64,000 nt of DNA, taken from Callorhinchus milii. Its lineage: Eukaryota. The notes beneath the pieces were generated by a model that had not been told where the DNA came from, did not search any database, and worked only from the letters and a program-made list of their open reading frames with translations. The stretch covers positions 99,388,001-99,452,000 of the forward strand of contig NW_024704743.1 of the NCBI RefSeq assembly GCF_018977255.1, read 5' to 3'. The position numbers and the translations under genes are program-made. Of this stretch, positions 25,987-38,944 are shown in pieces (the stretch's first letter is position 1; each line of letters starts with the position of its first letter).

Positions 25987-26760
25987 CACCCTGCCTCAGT
26001 TGGTAGCATTCTCAGCTCTTAGTCAGAAGGTTGTGGGTTCAAGTCCCACCCTGGGACTTTCAATTCACATAATAATAGTCTAAAATGAAAGTCAAATGCA
26101 ATATAATAATAATAACAATCCTTGCATTTGATATAGTGCTTTTCACGTTGGGAGGACGTCCCAAAGCGCTTCACAGAACACACTGTAAAGTGAATTGACT
26201 GTACATTTGTGGGTGAACGCGGCAGCCAATTACGCACAGTAATGTCCCACAAACAGTCGTAGATTGAAAATGACCAATTTATTATTATTTTTGGTTTTGG
26301 AGGGATTATTATTAGGCGTGTGGAGTAAGGAAACTTGCCCAAGGTTTCGCCCTGCCTGGAATTGAACTCAGGTCTCTCACTTGCAAAGCGAGTGCTTTAA
26401 CCACTGAGCTACAGGACTCCACAGTCCTGTACTTAGGGAGCATCTCATTGTTAGAGGTGCCATCCTTCATTAAACCATGGTCCCATCTGCCTGTTACAGG
26501 TAGATGCTAAAGATCCTGTGGCATTATTTGCAAAGAAAAGTTCTCTGGGTTTTATGGCCAACAATCCCCCTAATAAATTTATTATTCACTGCATGGCTGA
26601 TTGTAAGAGATTGCTCTGTGCAAATTGGCTTTAGTGTTTGCCTACAAATGTGCACAATCATAAGAGTTTAAAGTTACTCCTGTGAAGGGCTTTGAGATGT
26701 CTCGACAACTCTTGATAAGGTACTGACTAAAATGCAAGGATTATTATTATTGTTATTAAT
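25987..26760 (+). mobile_element. Older Deu-domain SINE split by the young SINE at 26103-26422
   Basis: Head CTCAGTTGGTAGCA...GGGTTCAAGTCCCAC to the left; Deu core AGAGGTGCCATCCTTC...AAAGATCC and AAATGCAAGGATTATT tail to the right. Confidence 0.85.
26103..26422 (-). mobile_element. Young tRNA-Ala-derived SINE, full length, nested
   Basis: Same consensus as 17012-17332. Confidence 0.95.
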
Positions 26761-27271
26761 ATGTTATTATAGTTTAAATCACTCTGTATAATAGTTTCTA
26801 AGGAGTTTTCAACAATGGGTCAGCCAGACCAATAACACTGCCACATTACATATGAATGGATGTTACTTTTCTTAGTATGTTTGAACTTCCTAAAATAGCT
26901 ACTTTTTGTAGGAGGTTGATATTTTGTTCACCAGGCGTTTTGTTAAGCCATTTCTGAACAGTCTTATTAACAGTCTCAGTTGCACCAATGATTATAGGAA
27001 CTATGTTTGCTTTATACAGCCACAAAGATCTGTATTCAATATTCAGATTGTTTCTTTCCTGATCTTCTCCAGTTCCTTATTTCTTATGTCGTAATCACTT
27101 GGGATAGCCACATCAATAATACTACTTGTACAATCTATTTGGTTCTTGATAATAATATCTGGTTTGTTACAGATTACTGTTCTATTTGTATGTACTTGTG
27201 AATTACAGATTATTGTGATGTTATTTTTCGATGTGACTTTTGCTAGTTGATGCTCATACCAGATTGTCTTT

Positions 27272-27548
27272 ACAACAACAACAACAAAATTATATTTATA
27301 GAGCGCCTTTCACTTTGAACAGTCAGGTGTTGGGGCCTGAGCATGGGGGAGGGGTGGTATAGAGGTGAGGGAAGGCAGAAAGCTGGGAGGGAGACCAAAG
27401 GCACGGTCGAAGAGAAGGGTCTTGAGACCGGCCTTGAAGGAGACAAGGGAGGAAGTGAGGCGAAAGGACCGTGGGATGGAATTCCGGAGTGTGGGGTAAG
27501 AGAGGCTGAAAGCCCGGTCGCCGATGGTAGGGCGGGTCAGGCGGTAGA
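27272..27548 (-). mobile_element. L2 3' fragment
   Basis: (CAA)n then AGCGCCTTTCAC; CTTGAGACCGGCCTTGAAGG as in subfamily A. Confidence 0.85.
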
Positions 27549-28059
27549 TGGTCTACTGTTACTGGTGCTTGAAGATATATTCAGCATTTTCGATCAATGT
27601 TTTTCTTTCTCTTGTTTCTCTTATTTTCACAATAACGAGTAGTAATAGATTGGTCTTTTGCTGATATTATGAGAGCTTCTGTTTTGGCTTTCAGATCTCC
27701 GTTAATTAACCAGTTATAGCTTTGTTTCATATCTTGGCCTTATTCTTTCATTTGTCTTGGAAATTGACAGTACATGATTTTCTTCTCCCATTCGCTTTTT
27801 CTACAAGATATTTTCTTTTTAAGGACAATTTTCATTCCATGTGCCATTTTTTTGGTTCAGATAAGCTACTTTCTATTTCTTCTTCATATTATTATGGATA
27901 TCGGAATACACATAAAACTAGAAGAAATTGGTCTCTCATTTGACTGATAGTGAAAGGTATCATCATTAAATGAATCATCAGCAGTAATTCCAATTGTCAC
28001 ATTGATACGTAACTGTAGACTAGAGAGATTCAGAAACTATTTGGTGGAATCCTGGTCAA

Positions 28060-28380
28060 CTCTGATGTCAATTGGACAGCAATTGGGACTACAAGTGGCC
28101 TTAGTGCCCCATGTTGTGGCCAGAAAATTCTGTCAAGGTTTGCTATCCAGAGAGCCGAGGTAGATCACAGTGCACGTGTGTTAAACATGGAGTACTGACA
28201 GGATCAGGCTCAGACTTGGCTGTGTTATCCTCCATATTTGAATAGCCAACACTCGCACAAGAATAATGAGCACTTGAGTGAAGTAAGGATGGAACCTATT
28301 GTCTATGGATTCTTATCCCCATTGAAGACAGGAAAGCAAGAAAAATACCTTTAGGAGAGAAGGGTGAGAAAAGTGGTAGT
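28060..28380 (+). repeat. Old interspersed repeat, family H; second copy at about 61020-61324 plus 62515-62552
   Basis: CTACAAGTGGCCTTAGTGCCCC vs CTACAATTGGCCTTAGTGTCCC; ACCTTTAGGAGAG vs ACCTTCAGGAGG. Confidence 0.65.
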
Positions 28381-29114
28381 GAAAATTGTCAGGGGAAGGA
28401 GGGGAAGAAAACGATGCGTGAGGTTTGCTGGACTGCTGCTTCGGTGTCCCATCCTTGGGTTCTGAAGACTTTTCCACTAGATTACATCAAAGCCTCAGAA
28501 ACTTTAATAAGGATAAGAAAATACAATGAACTTGGGTCAGTACCTTTTTTATCTAATTCTTCCCAAAGTTAGAATATACCTTAGAACCTACCTCAGTGTA
28601 CTCTTCTGAATTATTTTCTATTTTCTGCACTGTTAGAACATGCTTTTCTTCCCAATTTCTCATTTCATTGGACTTTTTAAATAAATAACCTTGCATTTTT
28701 TCATGGTATTATTAAATGCCATTGCAAATGATATTGGAAAACATTATGATACATTCAGATAAGGTATATCTACTTTAATATCAAATTGACCCTTAAAGTC
28801 TATGGAGAGCTTACACAAGGCAATTCTCATTATTGTTTAAAAGATTATTCATAAGGTAATATTTTCATTACTTTGAACCGAGAAATATATATCACTCATA
28901 TAAGGGAATTCTTTACAGAAGGAAGAGACATGTACAGTCATAGCAACAGAAAAGGTTATAAAAGCAATGTGCAAAGCTGAAATCTCAAAATAATTTGTTT
29001 AATTGGAATTCACAGTATATTATAACACAATGACATTTCATCTGACTCCTTAAGCAGATTGCCCACAAAATATACAGTCAATTTACTTTACAGTATATTT
29101 TATATAGTGCTTTG

Positions 29115-30146
29115 ACATCATCAACCACTCCCTATCCATGACACTGTTCCCACCCACAAACAGCTGTCATCATTCCCATCCTCAAAAAACTTTCCCTGGA
29201 CCCATCCGTACTCTCCAGCTATCTCCAAACTCCCATTTCCTCTTCAAGGCCCTGGAATGAGTCATCGGGTCCCAGCTTCACTCTTTCCTTTCCTGCCATT
29301 CTTCTTTGAAACCCTCCAATCGGTTTTCCATGAAGTCCACAGCTTGAAAACAGCCCTGATCAAAGTTACTAATGACATTCTGAACATCTGCGATCAGGCA
29401 TCCTATTCAACCCTCAGATGTCCTTCATGCCCCACATCCATGCCATAACTCACTTCGCCTTTCCCCACCTCTACAACATTGCCCGGCTCTGCCACTGTCT
29501 CATACCGCAGGCCATCGAGACCCTCATACATGCATTCATAACATCTACTCGACTATGCAAACTCCCTGCTTGTCAGCCTCTACAACTTCTTCCTGCATAG
29601 GTTGGAGATCATCCAGAACTCTGCAGCCCGTATCCTCTTCCGCTCTGTGACTCTATCACCCCCATCCTCGCCCGACTCCACTGGCTTCCCATCACACAGA
29701 GGATACAGTTCAAGACCCTGGTCCTCACTTTCAAAGCCCTCCATGACTTTGTTCCCCCCTGTCTCTGTGACCTCCTAACCCTCTACCAACCAGCCCGCCC
29801 TCTCCGCTCAGCGGGCTCTGGCCTGCTTCACATACCCCACCTCGCTGACCCCACCATTGGCCTTCAGCCACACTATCCCTACCCTATGGAACTCCATCCC
29901 GCAGACCTTCCGCCTTGCTCACTCCCTTCCTGTTTATCATATGATAAACATTGCCTCCTTCAAGACCGTTCTCAAGAAACCTCCTCTTTGACCGTGCCTT
30001 CGTTCATCCTCCTTCCCTCCCTGCCCTCCATCCTCCCCGATCCCGACCCCAGCTCGGGTCTGAAACACTGATTGTTCCACACCTTGAGACATCCTACCGA
30101 CATGAAAGGTGCTATACAAATGTAATTTTTGTTTGTTTGTTGTTAT
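29115..30146 (+). mobile_element. Internally deleted L2 inserted into a SINE tail
   Basis: PILKK...LDP and KTALIKVTNDILNICDQ jump directly to FNPQMSF...IETLIHAFITS; TTG tail; SINE tail halves at 29060-29115 and 30147-30202. Confidence 0.88.
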
Positions 30147-31549
30147 TTGAGATGTCTGAATGATGTGATAAGGCACTATATCAAATGCAAGGATTATTAT
30201 TACAGATTTACTCTGATAAATTATAAATGTGCAAGTTTCACTTTTCTCACATCTAACCTGGGGTACAAATTTAATCAGATAATTAATATATAATTTCTGA
30301 ATATACCCTGAACTGCTGAAGGTGAATTTCCCAATCCCCAGGACTATTCTCAATAGCAAGATCCAGATCATGTATTTGACTGTGGCTTGCAATTAAGTGG
30401 AATTGCAGCTTCAATAAAGGAAAATCTCAGAGTAAGCTACTGTCAGTCCAAAGTCAATTATGTGATCCTGATTCACAGATGCTTATATGAAGCAGAAGGG
30501 AACAGAATGGTGTGGGAGAGGTGATCAGGAGGTGTGGAGGGTCATGTGGAGATTCAACACTGACATAGACTAGTTGAACTGAACTGCCTGCTTCCAAGCC
30601 ACATCAATCCTAACTGCTCTGTGATGCTACCCTCATGAAGAGTGCTGTATAAATGCAAGTTGTTGTTGTTGTTGTTGCTTCTGTGCTGTAACATGCTGCA
30701 TAATTCAATGAATGGAGCACTGGGAATGGTGGACGGGTATTCTGCCTCAAGCACATTTTGTATATCCGCAACTGATAAATTATACATTGCTAAATGCAAA
30801 GTGCATGATTTTTCAATTATGAATAAGATTTTAGAAAAATCATCAGTTCCTTTGGAACCTCAGTTCACTGCATTGGACTCTATTTTCACACCATATCAGA
30901 AGCCTTCAGAGTAAGAATATGTCAGCTTTTCTGCCTCTTCATTGGAAACAATGGTAATAGTTTTTCATTCTGTGAAATGTTAGCTCAAAGAGAAAACAAT
31001 TCTCTGATGGCTTTCCTACTCATTACAGTGTGAGCTGACAATGCTAGACAATAGGGCATGTTTTTGCATTTTAAAAGGAAACATTTAAAACTACAGTTCG
31101 TGAGAGGGAATAATTTGTGGAAAGAAAAGTTGCTTTATTCCTTATTGTGAAGAGGCATTTTTTTCTATCATCCACTAATGGAATATTTAGGGCATTATAT
31201 CCCGGTTCCATCCTTACCATGCCCCAGCTCGGTGTTCAACTCTGTGGTTGTGAAGCGCTCTAAGACGTTATCCTAGTTGAAGGGTGTTATTACAAATGCA
31301 AGTTGTAAATAATCAATCGTTCTAACCCGTCTTACATCAAGAGGCTGAAAATGAGGAGAGAGCAGACAATTTACCTTGGGTTCAGGATCTAAAGCTGCAA
31401 ACAGGCTTTTATATTTCTTACTGAAGCAAGTGTGTTCAGTGTTTACAAACTTCTCATCATAGACTTGAAATTCCATTTAGTCTTAACCTGTAAGACAAAT
31501 TTGCCTTAAAATTTAAGATCTCACAGAATAGTGGAAATTGTTGGGAGGA

Positions 31550-31792
31550 CTTCTCAACGCATTTCACAGGATTTTCCTGTAAAGTGACTGTGCTTAATAG
31601 GCAAATATGGCAGCCAATTTATACACAGAGGTATCCCACAAACATCCATTAAGTGAATGACCAATTTTATCTGGAGGTCTGTTGGCCATGACACATGGAA
31701 AAACTCCCTTCTCTTTTCAAATATTGGCATGGAAATTTGAATTCCACCTAAGCAAGCAGATGAGACCTCAGTTAAACGTATCATCCAAAAGA
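31550..31792 (-). mobile_element. Deu-domain SINE fragment
   Basis: GGCAGCCAATTT...GAATGACCAATTTT...CCTCAGTTAAACGTATCATCCAAAAGA. Confidence 0.75.
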
Positions 31793-32573
31793 GACTTGCC
31801 CATTTATCATTAGATTTGAGTGGATACTGAGAGTACTGTTTGTGTTGTCACAATTTTCACCAAATGTAAATAATATTGTTGATCCGATTCATCGAAGTTG
31901 ACCACAAAATTGACAGAGCTATTTGTATCGGTAACTTTAATTTGCTGTATTACGGTTACCAATTAGTTTCCATCTGCTTAGGCTCATTTTAGGTGGCACA
32001 AGTGATGAGGATAGATGAAAAATAATGTCACTTTGGAATTGGATTCAGTAGCTTCTATAATGACAAGAATGTACCTTTACATAACACCATTCATTTCGGG
32101 AGGATGTCTCAAAAAACCTCACACAGCTGAACTGGGAGTCAAAGCTGAGGTGGGGGTGGGGGAGGGTGTTAGGGGGAGGTTGGGGGAGAGTTGAGGTGGG
32201 GCGGGGAAAGAAGGCCAAAATCACAGGTAAAGATTTCTAGCCAGATCGACTCAAACTGAACTAAACCACCAAACCGATCTGTTGCCTTCAGTTCAAGATT
32301 GGTTTGTACATCGCTAAATAATCAGTCACCTCCTGTCTGTCCCACTTGTGCCATCTCATTCTACATCGTGTCCAGTAGGAGACAAAGCAATCAGCCTACA
32401 GTGGTTCAGAACATCCTATTAATTATCAATTGAACAACCTCTGACTGGAATGTGAATGAACATCCTGACAATTCACATCACGACCAAATTAATCCAAATT
32501 CCCATCAGGGAAAGTGAAGGAATAATTTAAATGTTCCTTCAGACCTCCAGGGCAGAATGCAATTCTTCTAAGG

Positions 32574-33003
32574 TGTCAGCCTAACTCAATTTGGTAGCAC
32601 TCTTGCCTCTGAGTTAGAAGATTCAAGCCCCACATCCAGATTTTGAACTCACATAGTCCAACAATGCAGTGCTGGGGTGTGCCATGTTGTTGGAGATGCT
32701 ATTCTTCAGATGAGACATTAAATCGGTATCCTGTCTACCAGTTTAGGTGGACGTTAACGATCCCATAGCATTATTCAAAAGGGGAAGGAGAATTATTCTC
32801 CTGGTGTCCTGGCCAACAATCCCCAAATAAAATTCTTCTTTAAGTATATTGGTTGTTTGTGAGACGTTACTGTGTGCAAATTGTCTGATGGATTTGCCTA
32901 CAAAATACACAGTTGCTACACTTTACAGTGAATCCTTTGAAGGCATTCCTTCTGATATGAAAGGCACCGCATCAAATACAAGGATGATTATTATTATTTA
33001 TTA
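32574..33003 (+). mobile_element. Older tRNA-derived Deu-domain SINE (SacSINE1/AmnSINE-like), near full length
   Basis: tRNA-like head, core CAGATGAGACATTAAA...AGGTGGACGTTAACGATCCCATAGCATTATT (Deu-domain assignment from recall), L2-type tail. Confidence 0.85.
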
Positions 33004-33688
33004 TGTTGAACAAGGGCACGCCTTGTGTTAATACAGCATGGTGCTGACGGCCTTTGTATTATTGTGCTTTGTTCTGCATCAACAGCAATGACTTGCACAT
33101 GTGCAGGACCTTTTGCGTGCGGGAAATATCTCAAGGTGCCTTGCAAATTGAAATTAATTGAAAATGAAATGAGAGTTATTGTACAGGCAAAAATGGCAGC
33201 TGATTTGCACTAGCAATGTCTTACAAACAACGATGAAATGAATCGTTACTTCTAAAGCTTCAGCTTGTTTGAAAAGGGGACTACAATTATAGTACAGTAT
33301 ATTCTCCAGAAAAACTAAGTCTAGATATGGATTCAATATCTGGGCCATTTTTTCTACCAGATAGGGACTTTACATTCTTTCAGAAAGAAATCACTTCCTC
33401 ACCTCTTCCACTGCCATTACTGGTCTCATTACTCTGTAGTTAGAAGTGAAAGCTAATTGCCCATTTAAACATTTCACTCCAACAGAGAAGCTCTCTTCAT
33501 CTTCTGTCTTTCTAACTGGAAAATGACCTTGACCAGAGACTGAATTCAGTTTCTTGCCTAAGATAATAAGATCTTTTAGAACACAGAATAACGAAAAGAC
33601 AATTGCTAATGAGATGTTTCTGCAAAACATATGTCTAAACTGCTCCTACAGCTACAGTAGACTTGTTTGTTTTCTTTTGTTTAGATTT

Positions 33689-34992
33689 CAACAACAACAA
33701 CAACAACTTGGATTTATATAGCACCCTCCATGCTGGAAGGCGTCTCAGAGCTTTTCACAGTAACGGATGCCGGGGCCGAGCCAGGGGGAGGGGGAGGAAG
33801 GTGACCAAAGGCGCGGTCGAAAAGAAAGGTCTTCAGCAGGAACCTGAAAATAGGAAGAGAGGGAGCGAGAAGAAGGGAGTGAGGAAGGCAGTTCAAGAGC
33901 CTAGCGGCAGTGGCTGAAGGCACGGCCACCGAGGGTGGCGAGGAGAACTATGGGGATGAGGAGGAGGCCAGACCCGGAGGAATGAAGGCAACGGGTACTG
34001 TTTTGAGGAGAGAGGAGGTCAGAGAGGTAGGGGGGTGCAGAGGAGTGGAACGATTTGAATACAAGGGTGAGGATCTTGAAATCGATCCTCTCTGGGATAG
34101 GCAGCCAGTGCAGTCTGGCAAGGATTGGGGTGATCGGGGAGCGGAGTTTGGTGTGGGTGAGAATGTGGGTGGTAGAGCTTTGAATGATCTGGATTTTATG
34201 GATGGTAGTGGATGGGAGACCGGCGAGGAGGGCATTAGAATAGTCCAGCCGAGAGGTGACAAAGGCATGGACTAGGGTTTCAGCGGCTTTCGGAGAGAGG
34301 TATTGGCGGAGACGTGCGATGCGTCGGAGGTGGATGAAAGCGGTGCTGGTGAGGGACCGGATGTGGGGGAGGAAGGATAATTGGGGGTCGAACCTGATAC
34401 CTAGGTTGCGTACGGGTTTGGAGAGTTTTAGGGGGAGGTCGGGTAGGTGGAGGAAGTGAAAGCTGTGAGATTTTAGACGTTGACGAGAGCCAAAGAGTAT
34501 GGCTTCCATCTTGTCAACGTTCAGCTGAAGGGAATTTGTGCTCATCCAGCCCCTGAGGTCTGACAGGCAGGCTGACAGAACATCAGGGGACTGGAGGTCG
34601 CAAAAAGAGGTGGAAAAATAGAGTTGGGTGTCGTCCGCATACATGTGGAAATGTACCCCATGTCTGCAGATGACATCCCCAAGAGGGAACAATAAGATCA
34701 GAAAGAGGAGGGGCCCAAAGATCCTTGGGGTACCCCGCAGGTAACTGGGTGAGAGCGGGAGGAGAAGCCGTTTGTGCAGATGTACCGCTGGCGGTTTGTG
34801 AGGTAGGACTCAAACCAGGCGAGTGCGTTCCCACTGAGGTGGATGACGGAGGAAAGGCGGTGGAGGAGGATGGCGTGATCGACTGTGTTGAACGCCGCGG
34901 AGAGGTCCAAGAGGACAACGAGGCAGATGGAGCCCTGGTCACAGATAGAGAGGATGTCGTTTGTGACTTTCACAAGCGCAGTCTCTGTACTG
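33689..34992 (-). mobile_element. 5'-truncated L2 LINE (subfamily B), RT pseudogene
   Basis: [46 protein letters not shown] in ORFs 34698-35015 and 33901-34692; (TTG)n tail. Confidence 0.95.
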
Positions 34993-35110
34993 TTTGCCCA
35001 CAAATATACAGTCAATTCATTTTACAGTACATTCTGTGAAGAGCTTTGAGACGTCTAGAAGATGTGAAAAGCGCTATATCAAATGCAAGAATTATCATTA
35101 TTAATATTAT
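34993..35110 (+). mobile_element. Young SINE 3' half abutting the L2 5' end in opposite orientation
   Basis: CCCACAAATATACAGTCAATTCA...GAGACGTCTAGAAGATGTGAAAAGCGCTATATCAAATGCAAG. Confidence 0.85.
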
Positions 35111-35884
35111 TAAAGTTAATTTCTTGTAGTTTCAGTAACTCTGGTAACTCTCGGTTTATGGCAGATAACAAGGCAGATTCTCTTTCTGTCATTTTATAAT
35201 TTCTAAGGTTTGTGTACAGAACATTTTCCTTTCAATTAAGCCACAGAGCAAGGAAAATCTTGCTAAAAAGGCCATTTAATCCACTAAAGCTCATGCCACC
35301 AGTACATCAAGTCATCATTTATTAAACAACAACTTGTATTTGTGTAGCACTCTTCACGATTCACAATGATGAGGTTGTACCCTGAGTAGGGAGAGATGCA
35401 GATGATCATTGGTCCAGTTAAAAACTTTAGTTTAGGTTTTTAGCTGGAAGTGATGTGATATCACTTTCGGTTTGAGAATGGTGTGAGCGGACAGGAAAGA
35501 TTTGTGCTGACTTCTCACACAGAACAAGTTTGTGTCTGCTTGCTTACCAAGTATACTGCAGAGCAAATGACAAAAGCACCAGAGATCAGCACTGTGCCCG
35601 TGCCCAATAATCTTGAAACAATTTCACAGAGGATCCTCTGCACCTGAATCAAATGCAAATTAAAGTTTTACTTTCATTTTTAATTTATAAACTAGAGGGG
35701 TCTATTAATGACAGAATTATTCAGGGGAGAGCAGCGATTGGGAATCGACAGTACACCAACATAATTTATATTGAAATGGTATGGATCAGATTTATTCCGA
35801 AAACCGCCTTAAGTTTGGTGTGACTTAGAACATGATTTTCATGAACATGATGTCCACAACTATTTTATACTTTTAAAGCTGATT

Positions 35885-35995
35885 TAAATATTCTCTGCAC
35901 CTCCTCTATTGGTTTGACGTTTTTCCTAAAGTGGGGTGACCAACACTGAACATAATATTCTAACTGCGGTCTAACCAAAGATTTTATATAAGTTT
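35885..35995 (-). mobile_element. CR1 ORF2 fragment
   Basis: Minus strand reads LYKIFG*TAVRI in one frame and LVRPQLEYYVQCWSPHFRKNVKPIEEVQR in the CR1 frame. Confidence 0.75.
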
Positions 35996-36553
35996 CCTAT
36001 TGTTTTGAAACTTATAGTTAAAGGTGTAAATGAATGTATCTCAATAATGGCACATACAGTGCATAAATCATGAAGCAGACACATCATATGGGGAAGTAGT
36101 GAAAGAAAGTGAATGCCTTGTGAGCTAATCCACATTGTTGAATGGCACCAGCAAGAGCACGGAGTCTGAATGCATTAAATGAGTTCAACAGAATCATAAA
36201 ACCCGCATGTTATAATACACGACTGAGAGATCAAAGTGCCGGAACAACACAAGACCGTCTTTCAACATATTGTTAAACCTATTCAACCCATTGTCAGCAA
36301 AGATCTCTACCCTTTGTAGGGAAGAATGGTGGGGAGCTGATATTACAAGCAGGGTGTGAGATCCTATGCCCACTGTGAGTGGCCTGACTGTTGCTTTAGA
36401 AACTGCCTGGTAACTCCGAGTGCTGAATTATCCATGCATCCCAACCGACACCACAAATAAATTAAAGAACATATTTCCAAAAAGCCAATAGCACAGAGAG
36501 TCTGACTCCCTATCCCTGCTGTTCTCTTTAATGGTAATGTCAAACAGCTAGTG

Positions 36554-36798
36554 AGTTAATGAGGCTGGATCAGTGGAAGTGCCCCTGTAGAACCACAGTC
36601 ATGAAACACAAAACACGTTTTTGGTTTGAAAACATAACTAAAGGAAATAATTTGAGTCCATTCACTTATTTAAAACATTCTTGTCTTTAATTCCTATTTG
36701 ACCTTTGCTGTTCAGTTGTTGTTGTTGTTCTTGTTGTTGTTTAGTTGAAATGCTACATGTACAATAATAATAATGATAATTCTCATATTTGATATAGC
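36554..36798 (+). repeat. Local direct duplication, copy 1 (copy 2 at 38729-38944)
   Basis: Collinear GAGGCTGG(A/C)TCAGTGGAAGTG...CATGAAACACAAAACA...TTCACTTATTTAAAAC...TTAATTCCTATTTGACCTT. Confidence 0.9.
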
Positions 36799-36949
36799 TG
36801 GATAGCCTAATCTAAAGCAGGAGATAGCTGCTGCCATAGCAGTTCCTATCCAGAGGGTTGGTAGACTGGCTGAAGTCAGCTACTGAGTGAAGAATATAGG
36901 GCAAGGGAACTGGCGAAGTTCCCTGGGGGTGGGGGTGGTGGGTGGTGGA

Positions 36950-37275
36950 GGTGGGGCAAGGCAGAGGGATAGAGGGAGAGTGTTCCAGAGTTTTGGGGCG
37001 TGGTGGCTAATAGCGCGACCTCGGATAGTGGGACCTGCTATGGAGGGTGCGAGGGACAAGCAGGAGGCTGGTGACAGTTGAGGGGAGGCGCCAGGTGGTG
37101 AATTGGGGAGTCAGGAGGTTGGAGGGTAGGGAGTTGCCAGAGAGTGAAGGGATTTGAACACAAGTGTGAGGATCTTGAAATCGATCCCTTCGGTGATGGG
37201 GAGCCAGTGGAGCCTGGTCAGAACTGGTGAGATGTCGGTACAGTGTTTGGTCCGGATAAGTATGTGGGCGGTAGA
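36950..37275 (-). mobile_element. L2 ORF2 3' fragment
   Basis: ISPVLTRLHWLPITEGIDFKILTLVFKSLH peptide. Confidence 0.88.
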
Positions 37276-37435
37276 ATTCAGAATCAAGTGCTCTGAAATG
37301 TTTCCTATCTGAATACAAGTTATTGCCCTTGTATTCTTAGACAAGAAAACAGTCAGGCAGACACCACCATTATTACATGTGAAAAGAACATTTCAATATT
37401 TGCAGCTAGGACTTTAACAGGGTCCTATTTCAACA

Positions 37436-37855
37436 AATAATAATCCTTGCATTTGGTATAGCACCTTTCACATCAACAAGATGTCTCAAAGCATTTCACA
37501 GGATTTTCATAAAAATGGAATGACTGTATTTACAGATGAATGCAGCAGACTACTTGTGCACAGCAACGTCCCACAAGCGATCATGAAACAAATGACCAAT
37601 TTTATTTGGGGAATTGTTGGCCAGCACATTGGGAGAAACTTTTGTATTTGATAGTGCTGTGGAATCTTTAATGTCCACTTGAATAGGCAGACAAGACTTT
37701 GGTTTAATATCTCATCCAAAGGACAACACCTTTGACAATGAAGTGCATCCCCAACAATGCATTGGATTGTCAACCTAGACAGTGTGGTTCAAGTTCTGAC
37801 ATGGGGCTTGAACCCACAACCTTGTGATTCAGAGGCAAGAGTGTCACCAACTGAA
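37436..37855 (-). mobile_element. Older Deu-domain SINE, near full length
   Basis: Tail, Deu core and head (GGGCTTGAACCCACAACC...CAGAGGCAAGAGTG) in order. Confidence 0.85.
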
Positions 37856-38019
37856 GAAGGGCAACATTCGCACACATTTAGCCAAGCACAGTGTGTCAGA
37901 GAAAATATTGGAGGGTGTAAGTTTCTGTTAAACATTTTATTGAGGTGCTCAGTTTAAAAACAACCTTTGGTCATTCCTAACAAACTCCACTTTGTTGAAC
38001 TGAACGTGTGATCCTCGAA

Positions 38020-38200
38020 TGAGTTCTGAATAAGCTGGATCTTTTGAATAGTGAAGCTGGGGGGACCGGCGAGGAGTGTGTTTGAGTAATCCAAGCGGGA
38101 GGTGACCAACGCAAGCACAGGGTTTTGACTGCATTTGGGGGTAAGGTAAGATCGGAGGCAAGCAATGTGGCAGAGGTGGAAGAAGGTGGATGATGTGCTT
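38020..38200 (-). mobile_element. Old L2 ORF2 fragment
   Basis: Minus strand FHLCHIACLRSYLTP...VTSRLDYSNTLLAG. Confidence 0.75.
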
Positions 38201-38728
38201 CAGACGTATGCCACATAATAATGAGGGAAAAGATTTTAGGAATGCTAACAACCACAAATATATCCTTACTAGATAATTGAGTGATTTCTACAATTGCAAA
38301 TAATGTCTGAAATCCAAGCTTCAAAGCGATTTTGAGTTTCAGGGAGTTGTGTGGTTATACAGGGTAACCATAATGTCATGATACCATTACAAAATCTAAT
38401 AAGTCTTAAAGAAATGATGATATTTTTGTTTGTTTTTAGATAATAGGGTAGCTATCACTACTTTCTGGTCACGTTGTACATACATTTTAATCTAACTTTG
38501 AAACCTTTAATCTAAATGTGAAGCAAAGATAGTCCACAGCTCGCTCCCTTTTTGGTATGCATGGACTAATACACCGAAGACCTTAATTGGTATTTTGGTG
38601 GTGAAACCAATATCAGAAGGATGATGTGCTGCAGAAGTTCACAGGCAGACTCCAGAATAAATCACTTGGAGCACAGTGGGCCTGAATTATATTTGTGATA
38701 TGGTGCTATAATTGGGCTCAATATGTGC

Positions 38729-38944
38729 AGTTAGTGAGGCTGGCTCAGTGGAAGTGCTCCTATAGAACCACAGATGTGGTCATGAAACACAAAACATGTT
38801 TTTGGTTTAAAAACAAAGCTAAAGAAAATAATTTGAGTTCATTCACTTATTTAAAACTTTCTTGATTTTAATTCCTATTTGACCTTCGCTGTTTAGTTAC
38901 AATGCCACTTATACTATAATAATAATCCTCGCGTTTGATATAGC
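38729..38944 (+). repeat. Local direct duplication, copy 2
   Basis: See 36554-36798; runs into a minus-strand SINE tail (38915-39027). Confidence 0.9.
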
